Shown one piece after another: positions 1 through 7,750 of a stretch of DNA of 30,060 nt (positions are counted from its first letter, which is position 1; each line of letters opens with the position of its first letter). The notes beneath the pieces were generated by a model. It saw only the letters and a program-made list of their open reading frames with translations, did not search any database and had not been told where the DNA came from. This DNA is from Caulobacteraceae bacterium (lineage in GTDB: Bacteria; Pseudomonadota; Alphaproteobacteria; Caulobacterales; Caulobacteraceae): contig JASLDZ010000342.1 of the NCBI GenBank assembly GCA_030151985.1, forward strand, positions 1 through 30,060. Direction: 5' to 3'. Position numbers and translations under genes: made by a program.

Positions 1-975
1 CGCCCCGACCGCGCCGAGGCGGTCGGGGCGGGCGGCGGCGAGCGCCTCGGCCCGCTCGGCGATCCCCAGCCGCTGCAGCAGCTCGGCCTGGGTGACGATC
101 GGCGTGGTCCCGGCCCCGCCCGCGCGGGCGGCGGCGGCGAAGGTCGGGAAATCGGCGTGCACGGTCAGGTCGGCCTCGCCGGCGGTCGAGAGCGGATCGA
201 CCTTCTCGTGGCGCCGCAGCGCCTGCAGGGTGTCGCCCAGCCCCGGCTCGGCGCGGCCGTAGTCGACGAACAGGGCCGCCCCGCCGTCGCGGGCGATCCG
301 CGCGCCCAGCGCCAGGCCGAAGGCGGCGAGGTCGGGGGAGAGCTCCAGCACCGACCCCTCGGGCGCCGCGTCGAACTCCGGCGGCGCGGCGAAGTCGGAC
401 GGCGCGGGGGCGAGGCCGAACGCCAGGGCGCCGTCCGCGTCCAGCCCCAGCCGCCGCTCCGCCCAGCCGTCCGCCGTCCGCACGAGCTGGCGGGCGGGCA
501 GGCAGTCCAGGAACTCGTTGCCCACGGCGATGATCGGGCAGAGGCCGGGGACCTCCTCCAGCGCGGAGACCCAGGTGGGCGGCGCGCCTCCCATGGCCGC
601 GCGCTGACGCTCGCGCAGGACGGGGCTGGTCTCCACGAACACGATGTCGGCGGCGGCGACGCAGGCGGGGAGGGCGCGGGCGACGGCGCGGCGGGCGTCG
701 GCCATCAGCGTGCCGTCGCCGGGGCCGAACTCCACCCAGCGGAAGGGCGTCGGCCGCCCCAGCGCCAGCCAGGTCGAGGCGCACCACAGGCCGACCAGCT
801 CGCCGAACATCTGGCTGACCAGCGGCGCGGTGAGGAAGTCGCCCTCCGCGCCCAGCGCCGGGCGGGTGGCGTAGTAGCCGCCTTCCGGATCGTGCAGGGC
901 GAACGCCATGAAGTCGGCGACGGTGATCGGCCCCTCGGCGGCGATCAGCCGCTCAAGCCGGTCGCGCAGGGCCAT
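1..975 (-). CDS. SAM-dependent methyltransferase, MidA/NDUFAF7 family (3' end runs off the window)
   Basis: Not in the ORF track. Manual translation from ATG at 975 gives MALRDRLERLIAAEGPITVADFMAFALHDPEGGYYATRPALGAEGDFLTAPLVSQMFGELVGLW...EFGPGDGTL, which are MidA-type motifs. Lies directly downstream of lgt, the usual alphaproteobacterial order. Confidence 0.9.
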   Translation of the reverse strand, partial: MALRDRLERLIAAEGPITVADFMAFALHDPEGGYYATRPALGAEGDFLTAPLVSQMFGELVGLWCASTWLALGRPTPFRWVEFGPGDGTLMADARRAVARALPACVAAADIVFVETSPVLRERQRAAMGGAPPTWVSALEEVPGLCPIIAVGNEFLDCLPARQLVRTADGWAERRLGLDADGALAFGLAPAPSDFAAPPEFDAAPEGSVLELSPDLAAFGLALGARIARDGGAALFVDYGRAEPGLGDTLQALRRHEKVDPLSTAGEADLTVHADFPTFAAAARAGGAGTTPIVTQAELLQRLGIAERAEALAAARPDRLGAVGA

Positions 976-1909
976 CGGGGGCGTAGGCGGAGGCGGCGTC
1001 GGTCTCGGCGGTGATGAAGGAATCTGCGGCGGTCTCGGGGGGGAGGGCTCCGGGCGTCCCGGCCTCGGGTGCTGGCGCGGCGTCAGGCGGAGCGAGGGCG
1101 TCGGGCCGAGCCGAGCGCCACAGAAGCCATGCGCCGCCCAGCACCAGCGGAATGGAGAGGAGGATGCCCATGGTCAGGCCGAACGGGAAGTTCGGCATGC
1201 CGACGTCGGGCTCGCGCACGTTCTCCAGCGCGATCCGCGACAGGCCGTAGCCCAGCAGGAACAGGCCGCACACCGCGCCGCGCCTCGGCAGGAGCTTGCG
1301 CCCGTGGGTGGCGAAGCGCAGCACGCAGAACAGCACCACCCCTTCCAGCGCGGCCTCGTACAGCTGGCTCGGGTGCCGCGGGAGGTCGCCGGCGCGGGGG
1401 AAGACGATCCCCCACGGCACGGTGGTGGTCCGCCCCCACAGCTCGCCGTTGATGAAGTTGGCGATCCGCCCGAAGAACAGGCCGAACGGCACGCAGGGCG
1501 CCGTTAGGTCGGCCAGCCGCACGATCTCCACCCCCGCCCGCCGGGCGAACCAGACGATGGCGATCGCCACGCCGATCAGGCCGCCATGGAACGACATGCC
1601 CCCTTCCCAGATGCGCAGCAGCGCCAGGGGGTCGCGGCTCAGGACGTGGGGGTCCTGCGGGATCATGTAGAAGAGGTCGTAGCCGATGCGGCCGCCCAGG
1701 ATGATGCCGAACGTCACCCACAGCACGAAGTCGTCGACCTGCGTCGCGTTCAGCGTCGGCCGCGTCCCGCGCCAGAGCTTCAGGTTGCGGACCAGCCCGA
1801 TGGCGTAGCGCCAGCCGAGGGTGATGCCCGCGATATAGGCCAACGCATACCAGCGGACCGCGAACGGCCCGATCTGCACCAGTACCGGGTTGAAGTGGGG
1901 GAAGGGCAC
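953..1909 (-). CDS. lgt: prolipoprotein diacylglyceryl transferase
   Basis: Motifs RWYAL, GGRIGY, GGMSFHGG, GRIANFINGELWGR and HPSQLYE; multiple hydrophobic segments. Confidence 0.97.
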   Translation of the reverse strand: MPFPHFNPVLVQIGPFAVRWYALAYIAGITLGWRYAIGLVRNLKLWRGTRPTLNATQVDDFVLWVTFGIILGGRIGYDLFYMIPQDPHVLSRDPLALLRIWEGGMSFHGGLIGVAIAIVWFARRAGVEIVRLADLTAPCVPFGLFFGRIANFINGELWGRTTTVPWGIVFPRAGDLPRHPSQLYEAALEGVVLFCVLRFATHGRKLLPRRGAVCGLFLLGYGLSRIALENVREPDVGMPNFPFGLTMGILLSIPLVLGGAWLLWRSARPDALAPPDAAPAPEAGTPGALPPETAADSFITAETDAASAYAPDGPARPA

Positions 1910-1966
1910 TGAAGACTCTCCGGCCGCAGCGGCGGGAGCGCTTCTAGCAGCCCCGGCGCGCGCCTC

Positions 1967-2884
1967 CTACGCCCCGCCGGCCAAGGCGTAGACAACGCAG
2001 GCGCTGCGGAACAGCTCCTGCGGCGGCGGCTGCAGGGGAAGCTTCAGCGTCTCGATCTGCAGCGCCTCTCCTCCTGGCGGCGGTGGGGGTGGCGGCGCCA
2101 GGGCTTCCGCGACCGGCGCGGGGACGGCGGGCAGCGCCAGCGCCTCCCGCGCCGAACCGGAGACCACCACCTCCTGCACGTCGTTCTGGCCCGATCCGTA
2201 CGTGCGGGGCGCGCCGGCGACCAGCACGTCGGTGGAGCAGGCCCGACCGGTGGGATCGATCAGCTTGACCGCGCCCAGCCGGCCGCCGGTCTCCGCGACC
2301 GCTTCCTTGGCGCGCCGCGCGGCGTCGGCCACCGCCAGCTTGAACAGCTCGGTATTGGTCGCGTTCGTCGGTTGCAGGCGGAAGTACGCGGGCGAGGTGG
2401 ACGTCGGCTTGGCCGCGAGCAGGGTGGCGTAGACGCGCTCGATCAGCTCCAGGTCGCGCACCTCGACGCTGACGTTCGCGGTCACGGCGTAGCGGTCGAC
2501 CTTGTCGGCCCGCTGGTTCTCCTGGATGTTCCCGTCCTTGTCCCGGTACTGGGCGTAGAGCGGGCGGGTGGAGAAGGTGGTGGTGATCCGCACCCTCTCC
2601 GCGCCATAAGGCGCCAGCGCCGCCGCCAGCGCCCGCACCTGGGTCGCCGCGGCCTTGGTCGCGTCCGCGGCGGAACGGTCGATCGCTTCGTAGGCGGCGG
2701 CGAGCGTGGCGCGGTTGGGCGGCAGCTCCGCGCGCACCTGCCCAAGGCTCGCGATCACCGGCTCGCGCATCCACCAGGGCGCGCGGTCGTAGAGCTGCGG
2801 TGCGGCCGTCACCACGCCCACCGACTGGGCCGCCACAGGGTGCGCCGCCGCGAGCGCCGTCGCCAGGATCAGAAGGGTGCGCAT
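1967..2884 (-). CDS. SIMPL domain-containing periplasmic protein
   Basis: Start re-called at ATG 2884 (MRTLLILATALAAAHPVAAQ, signal-peptide-like). SIMPL-like pattern G.VRAELPPN.A.L...Y...N...V.V.DL and AVADAARRAKEA...G.RLG.V..I. Confidence 0.8.
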   Translation of the reverse strand: MRTLLILATALAAAHPVAAQSVGVVTAAPQLYDRAPWWMREPVIASLGQVRAELPPNRATLAAAYEAIDRSAADATKAAATQVRALAAALAPYGAERVRITTTFSTRPLYAQYRDKDGNIQENQRADKVDRYAVTANVSVEVRDLELIERVYATLLAAKPTSTSPAYFRLQPTNATNTELFKLAVADAARRAKEAVAETGGRLGAVKLIDPTGRACSTDVLVAGAPRTYGSGQNDVQEVVVSGSAREALALPAVPAPVAEALAPPPPPPPGGEALQIETLKLPLQPPPQELFRSACVVYALAGGA

Positions 2885-3026
2885 GCCGAGTCGCTCCAAG
2901 GTGCGGCGAAGGCTCGCCTCCGCCGGCGGGGAGCGCAACCCGGCGCGAGATTGCTGCGGCGCGTCATAGCCTCTATACGGCCGTCCAGGCCTTCCCCTGG
3001 GTGAACGCCGTTCAGGAACCGCCGCG

Positions 3027-3383
3027 ATGCTCGTGACCTTGATGCGCGCCAAGCTGCACCGCGCCACCGTCACCCAGGCCGACCTCGACTACGAGGGCTC
3101 CATCGCCATCGACAAGGACCTCTTGGACGCCTCCACCCTCCTGCCGCACGAGCAGGTGGACGTGCTGAACATCACCACGGGCGCCCGCTTCACCACCTAT
3201 GTGATCGAGGCGCCCCGCGGCTCGAGAACCGTGGGCGTCAACGGCGCCGCGGCGCGGCTGGTGCAGGCGGGCGACAAGGTGATCGTCGTCGCCTACGGCC
3301 AGCTCCCGCAGGAGGAGGCGCGCAACTACGCCCCCGAGGTCGTGCTGCTGGACGACGGCAACCGCATCAAGCGCGCCGCCTGA
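3027..3383 (+). CDS. panD: aspartate 1-decarboxylase
   Basis: [21 protein letters not shown] contains the Gly-Ser autocleavage site; also RFTTYVI and NGAAARLV. Confidence 0.97.
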   Translation: MLVTLMRAKLHRATVTQADLDYEGSIAIDKDLLDASTLLPHEQVDVLNITTGARFTTYVIEAPRGSRTVGVNGAAARLVQAGDKVIVVAYGQLPQEEARNYAPEVVLLDDGNRIKRAA

Positions 3384-3387
3384 CCGC

Positions 3388-4125
3388 CTACCGCGTCAGC
3401 TCGTAGACGCCCGACACCTCCACCCGCACCACGATCTCGCCGGCCTCGACGGGCGTGGAGGCGTCGGCGGCCTTGAAGCGCATCGCCATCCCGGCGCGGG
3501 GCGGCTCGGGCGTGTAGCCGCCGGTCTCCGACAGGTTGACCAGTCGGGCGATCCGCAGCCCCTCGGCCCCGGCGTAGAGGTCCGCCTTGGCGGAGAGCTT
3601 CCTCACCGCGTCCCGCCGCGCCGCATCCTCCGCCGCCTGCGGCTGGGCGAGCGCGAACGCCACCCCGCCGACGTTGGTCGCGCCGGCGTCGGCGGTGGCG
3701 TCGATCACCTGGGAAAGCTTGGAGAGGTCGCGCACCGTCACCGTCACGCTGTTGGACGCCTCGTAGCCGCGCAGCCTGGGCGGCTGGTTCTGGTCGTAGG
3801 CGTACTGCGGCGACAGGCTGAGCCGCGAGGTCTGCAGGTCCCGCCCCTCCAGCCCCGCCGCCTTCAGCGCCGCGACCACCTTGGACATCTGCGCGGCGTT
3901 CGCCTGGCTCGCGCCCCGGGCGGTGGCGGCCTGGGTGGTCACGCCCAGGGACAGGGTGGCCATGTCGGGCGCCAGCCGCGTCTCGCCCGCCGCCGAGACG
4001 TTCAGCGTCGTCGCCCGGAAGGCGGCGTCCGCGGCGGCGGAGGCCTGCGCGAGCGCCGGCGCGGCTCCTGCGAGCGCGCCCAACGACACGGCGGCGGCGA
4101 AGAGGGGAAGGGCGAGGCGGCGCAT
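3388..4125 (-). CDS. SIMPL domain-containing protein (BP26/YggE-like)
   Basis: Signal peptide, TLNVSAAGETRLAPDMATLSLGV, GYEASNSVTVTVRDL and PVEAGEIVVRVEVSGVYEL. Confidence 0.9.
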   Translation of the reverse strand: MRRLALPLFAAAVSLGALAGAAPALAQASAAADAAFRATTLNVSAAGETRLAPDMATLSLGVTTQAATARGASQANAAQMSKVVAALKAAGLEGRDLQTSRLSLSPQYAYDQNQPPRLRGYEASNSVTVTVRDLSKLSQVIDATADAGATNVGGVAFALAQPQAAEDAARRDAVRKLSAKADLYAGAEGLRIARLVNLSETGGYTPEPPRAGMAMRFKAADASTPVEAGEIVVRVEVSGVYELTR

Positions 4126-4232
4126 GGTGAAGCTCCCAGGAGAGGCCGCCGGTGTGGACGGCCACGCTTGAACGCCCCCTGAACGCTTCCCGCCCCACGC
4201 CGGCCCATGCTAACGCCGGAGCCCCTCGGCGA

Positions 4233-4308
4233 GGGCCCGTAGCTCAATGGTTAGAGCCGGCCGCTCATAACGGTCTGGTTGCAGGTTCGAGTCCTGCCGG
4301 GCCCACCA
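4233..4308 (+). tRNA. tRNA-Ile2 (CAT anticodon, lysidine type; automated tools may call it Met)
   Basis: 76-nt cloverleaf: GGGCCCG/CGGGCCC acceptor stem, anticodon loop CTCATAA (CAT at 4266-4268), T-loop TTCGAGT, encoded CCA. It lacks initiator features (C1 mismatch, three G-C anticodon-stem pairs) and resembles known Ile2 tRNAs. Confidence 0.93.
4288..4307 (+). repeat. attL core (tRNA 3' end) CGAGTCCTGCCGGGCCCACC
   Basis: Direct repeat partner at 24986-25005 with one mismatch. Confidence 0.88.
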
Positions 4309-4362
4309 CCCCCTTGTTCTGTAAAGAAGTTGTTGCCCCACACGGGGCGGCGGGGGCAAATG

Positions 4363-4384
4363 GGGTCCACAAAGGGTCCACAAA
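4363..4384 (+). repeat. tandem GGGTCCACAAA x2, putative integrase arm-type binding sites
   Basis: Perfect 11-bp tandem repeat (4363-4373, 4374-4384). The same motif pair recurs at 24884-24905. Confidence 0.7.
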
Positions 4385-6159
4385 TGCGTGACGACAGGGG
4401 CTTGAAGCGCAAGGCTGCGGACGGCGTCTGGTTCGCTCGCAAGCGCGTGCCGGACGACGTGCGCGCCGCCTTCGACGGGCAAGCGGAGTTCGTCAGGAGC
4501 CTCAAGACCACGGATTCGCGGGTGGCGGAGAAGCGGCGCGACGACGCCTTCCGGGAGTGGGACCTGCAGATTGGCGAGGCCCGGCGGCGCCTGGTCGTCG
4601 ACAGTACGCTCCCGCGTCTCTTGCAGGCTCTAGATGACTGGCGCCGCGATCGGTGCGCGGCTGCGGCTCGTACGGGGGCTGAGCCTGCGTGGGGCGCCGT
4701 GGACAGCCTACTGAGCGCAGTCGTGCCGCTCTCTCTCCTAGGCTCGCCCGGTCTCGGAGGAAGCAGCGACGCCGGCTTGCACCCTGATGAGCCTCCACCG
4801 GGCTACTTCGAGCGCCACCCAGGAGCTTCACGGGAGCTCACCATGCCACACCGGGTCGCCATCCTGGTTGGGCGGCTACAGCAGGCGGCCCGCGACCCAG
4901 AAGCATGGCGGCAGATCGACAACTTCGACTACGCGCTGGATGCGGCCCTCGCCGAGGCAGGGGCCGAGCCGCCCCACGACGCGGTGCGCGCCGAGCTCCG
5001 GCTTTCCTTCGCCCGCGCCTGGCTTGAGGTGGCCCAACATGAGGAGCTTCAAAGGCTGCGAGCCGTTGTCGCGCTTGCTCACCCTGCAGACCTCAGGATC
5101 GCACCAAGCGGCGTTTCCTTCGTTCCACGCGAAGGCGACAGGACCGTCGCCGAACTGATCAAGAGCTATCGCGCGGACCGCAACGCCACCTACGGCGAGG
5201 AGTCCACCGCACGAAAGTACGACCACATCTTCTCCGCGCTTAAGGCCGCGCTTGGCGAGAACAAGCCAGTCCGGGCTATTACGCGGGAGGACGCCCGTTC
5301 CGTAAGGGAACTTCTGAGGGCGATCCCCTCGCACATGGGGAAGCGCTTCCCTGGCCTGTCGATGCTGGAGGCTATCGAAGCCGCCGCCGAGATGGAGGAG
5401 GAGGTGCCGCGGCTCGCCCCCAACACGGTCAACAGTTACCTCTCAAACCTGATCGCGATGTTGAACTGGGCGATGAAGGAAGAGTGGATCGAGAAGAACC
5501 CAGCATCCGGGCTCGTCGACAAGAACCTGCCGACGGTTCAGCGGCGCGGCTTCACGCCTTCGGAACTGGAGACGATCTTCGGAGCCTTGGGGACGGAGCG
5601 CCGCGCGTTGCACTGGCGGTGGTGGGTGTGCGCCTTAGGCCTGTACACAGGCGCGCGCCTCAACGAGCTCTGCCAGCTGCGGACGGCAGATCTTCATGAG
5701 GAGGATGGCGTGCCCTTCCTTCGGGTGACTGTCTTCGACGAGACAGGGCGTCGCGCACAGGACAAGCGGATCAAGACCGCTCCGAGCCAGCGCGTGATCC
5801 CGCTCCACCCCGAACTGCTCAGGGCAGGCATCGTCCAACTCGTGCGCGGCCAGGATCATGAGCGGCTCTTCCCGGCCATCAAGCCTGGCCCGAACGGCTC
5901 CTACTCCCATGAGCCGAGCAAGTGGTTCGGCAGTCATCTAGACCGATGCGGCCTCAAGGACCCAGCGACCGTCTTTCACAGCTTCAGGCACGGGTTCCGC
6001 GACGCCTGCGACGCGAGCGGCATCGATCCGGAGCACCGGCGGGCGCTCGGTGGCTGGGCCGCTAACAGCGAAGCCGAGCGATATGGAAACCGGCACGCGG
6101 TTCCCCTGCTCGCACGAGAGGTGGCGAAGCTGCGGTTTGGAAGCTTCGACCTGCGATGA
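4384..6159 (+). CDS. tyrosine recombinase/integrase with DUF6538-like N-terminal domain
   Basis: The track ORF starts inside the tRNA; re-called at in-frame ATG 4384 (MRDDRGLKRK...WFARKRVPDDV...SLKTTD). Catalytic motifs TGARLNELCQL, IKT, FHSFRH, LGGW and ERYG. Confidence 0.92.
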   Translation: MRDDRGLKRKAADGVWFARKRVPDDVRAAFDGQAEFVRSLKTTDSRVAEKRRDDAFREWDLQIGEARRRLVVDSTLPRLLQALDDWRRDRCAAAARTGAEPAWGAVDSLLSAVVPLSLLGSPGLGGSSDAGLHPDEPPPGYFERHPGASRELTMPHRVAILVGRLQQAARDPEAWRQIDNFDYALDAALAEAGAEPPHDAVRAELRLSFARAWLEVAQHEELQRLRAVVALAHPADLRIAPSGVSFVPREGDRTVAELIKSYRADRNATYGEESTARKYDHIFSALKAALGENKPVRAITREDARSVRELLRAIPSHMGKRFPGLSMLEAIEAAAEMEEEVPRLAPNTVNSYLSNLIAMLNWAMKEEWIEKNPASGLVDKNLPTVQRRGFTPSELETIFGALGTERRALHWRWWVCALGLYTGARLNELCQLRTADLHEEDGVPFLRVTVFDETGRRAQDKRIKTAPSQRVIPLHPELLRAGIVQLVRGQDHERLFPAIKPGPNGSYSHEPSKWFGSHLDRCGLKDPATVFHSFRHGFRDACDASGIDPEHRRALGGWAANSEAERYGNRHAVPLLAREVAKLRFGSFDLR

Positions 6160-6473
6160 ACGGAACATGCAGTCTGGTCAGCGCAGCCGGCATCTCGGAG
6201 CGAGCTTTAACCGATCATCGTCCCCTTCTTGCAGCCCCCGGCCGGCTCTCTGAAGCGCTCGAGGCTCGAGCCGCCTGCTCGAGTTCGATAGGGGAGCGGT
6301 CTGCCAACTCGCGAGAGGCCACGTTGGGACAAAGAGAGAACAGGGTGTTGTGCTCGACGATGAAAATCGCCAAGGTGCAACGGGCCAGACCTCGTATGGG
6401 AATGGCCACCTTCTCGGCTACGCACAATACTCTTCCCAGCTCGAATCGGCGTGGGGTTGAACGGGGGATATGA

Positions 6474-7745
6474 GTGCTGCCGAACGGCAATAGACCGGTC
6501 TTTGTCGATGCGTTCGCGGGGTGCGGCGGGCTCAGTCTCGGCTTGCTGCGCGCCGGCTGGAGGGGGCTGTTCGCCATCGAGAAGGATGCGTTCGCCTTCG
6601 AGACGCTCCAGTCGAACCTCATCGCGGACGGGGCCCGGCACCGATATGCTTGGCCGGAATGGCTTGAGCAAAAGCCCTGGACGATCGAGTCCCTGATGGA
6701 CGCGCATGGCGACCAGCTCCATGCGCTGAGGGGCGGGGTAGACCTTTTGGCCGGCGGGCCTCCTTGCCAGGGGTTCTCGAGCGCCGGCCGTCGGCGGCCG
6801 GGCGACCCCCGCAACGTGCTAGTGGAGCGCTACCTGGAGTTCGTCGACATCGTGCGGCCCAGCATGGTGCTTATCGAGAACGTCCGGGGCATTACCTACG
6901 ACTTTGTCGACGGCGACGACGAGACGTCCCGTCGAAACTTCGCCAATGACGTGATCTCCCGGCTCAGCGAGCACTACCACGTCTACACCGACACCCTGCG
7001 ATGCTCGATGTTCGGGGTGCCGCAGCAGCGTCCACGCTTTTTCCTGGTCGGCATGCTCAAGTCGGAGGGCACGCGGCTCCCGTTGTCGGATACGCCGTTC
7101 GCCCGGCTCAGGGCGAGCCGCGTGCGCTTCCTCGAGGTCCGCGGGCTAAAGCCGCGCGTCACATCCAAGCAAGCGATATCCGACCTCGAGTCCGGCGTCG
7201 CCGGGACGGGCCCGTGCCCAGACTCGGCCGGGTACGACGCGATTCTCACAGGACTCCCCCGGACCAACTACCAGATCCTCATGCGGGACGGCTTCGAGGG
7301 CGCTGTCCAGGACACCCGGCTGGCCAAGCATCGCCCCCACATTGTCGAGCGGTTCGGGAACATCATCGCGGACTGTCAGCGCGCCGGCCGGCTGAACGTC
7401 CAGCTCAATCGCGAGATGCGGGACCGGTACGGGATCAAGAAGATGGCGACGCGCGTCTTGGATCCCACGCTGCCCGCCCCAACGATCACCAGTATGCCGG
7501 ACGACTTGCTCCACTACTCAGAGCCGCGGACGCTGACCGTGAGGGAGAACGCCCGGCTGCAGACTTTCCCCGACTGGTTCGAGTTCAAGGGGAAGTACAC
7601 GACGGGGGGCGAGCGGCGTGCACGGGAGGTCCCCCGATTCACGCAGGTCGCCAACGCGGTGCCGCCGCTGATCGCGGAGATGTGGGGCGAGGTGCTCCTT
7701 CGGTATGCCGCCCAGAGGGCGCGGCCAGACCGGGCGGCGGCGTAG
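6474..7745 (+). CDS. dcm: DNA (cytosine-5)-methyltransferase
   Basis: C5-MTase motifs in order: FAGCGG (I), GGPPCQGFS (IV), ENV (VI), GVPQQRPR (VIII), RTLTVRENARLQTFPD (IX), QVANAVPP (X). The symbol denotes the family, not E. coli specificity. Confidence 0.96.
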   Translation: MLPNGNRPVFVDAFAGCGGLSLGLLRAGWRGLFAIEKDAFAFETLQSNLIADGARHRYAWPEWLEQKPWTIESLMDAHGDQLHALRGGVDLLAGGPPCQGFSSAGRRRPGDPRNVLVERYLEFVDIVRPSMVLIENVRGITYDFVDGDDETSRRNFANDVISRLSEHYHVYTDTLRCSMFGVPQQRPRFFLVGMLKSEGTRLPLSDTPFARLRASRVRFLEVRGLKPRVTSKQAISDLESGVAGTGPCPDSAGYDAILTGLPRTNYQILMRDGFEGAVQDTRLAKHRPHIVERFGNIIADCQRAGRLNVQLNREMRDRYGIKKMATRVLDPTLPAPTITSMPDDLLHYSEPRTLTVRENARLQTFPDWFEFKGKYTTGGERRAREVPRFTQVANAVPPLIAEMWGEVLLRYAAQRARPDRAAA

Positions 7746-7750
7746 CGCGG

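Noticed and set aside
157..1014. 285-aa plus-strand ORF
   Set aside because: Antisense shadow of the MidA-like gene on the minus strand.
4279..4383. Integrase N-terminal extension beginning inside the tRNA
   Set aside because: Overlaps the tRNA T-arm and att region; the recognisable domain begins after ATG 4384.
6156..6473. 105-aa ORF exactly filling the integrase-MTase gap (ATGA overlap, stop abutting the GTG)
   Set aside because: The fit is tempting, but there is no recognisable motif such as a controller HTH and the composition is atypical. The gap more likely holds the operon promoter; not excluded without homology or expression data.
7001..7750. 250-codon N-terminal extension of the DndF-like ORF overlapping the methyltransferase
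   Set aside because: Off-frame open stretch typical of high-GC DNA, with Arg/Gly/Pro-rich composition. ATG 7751 just after the MTase stop is the natural start.
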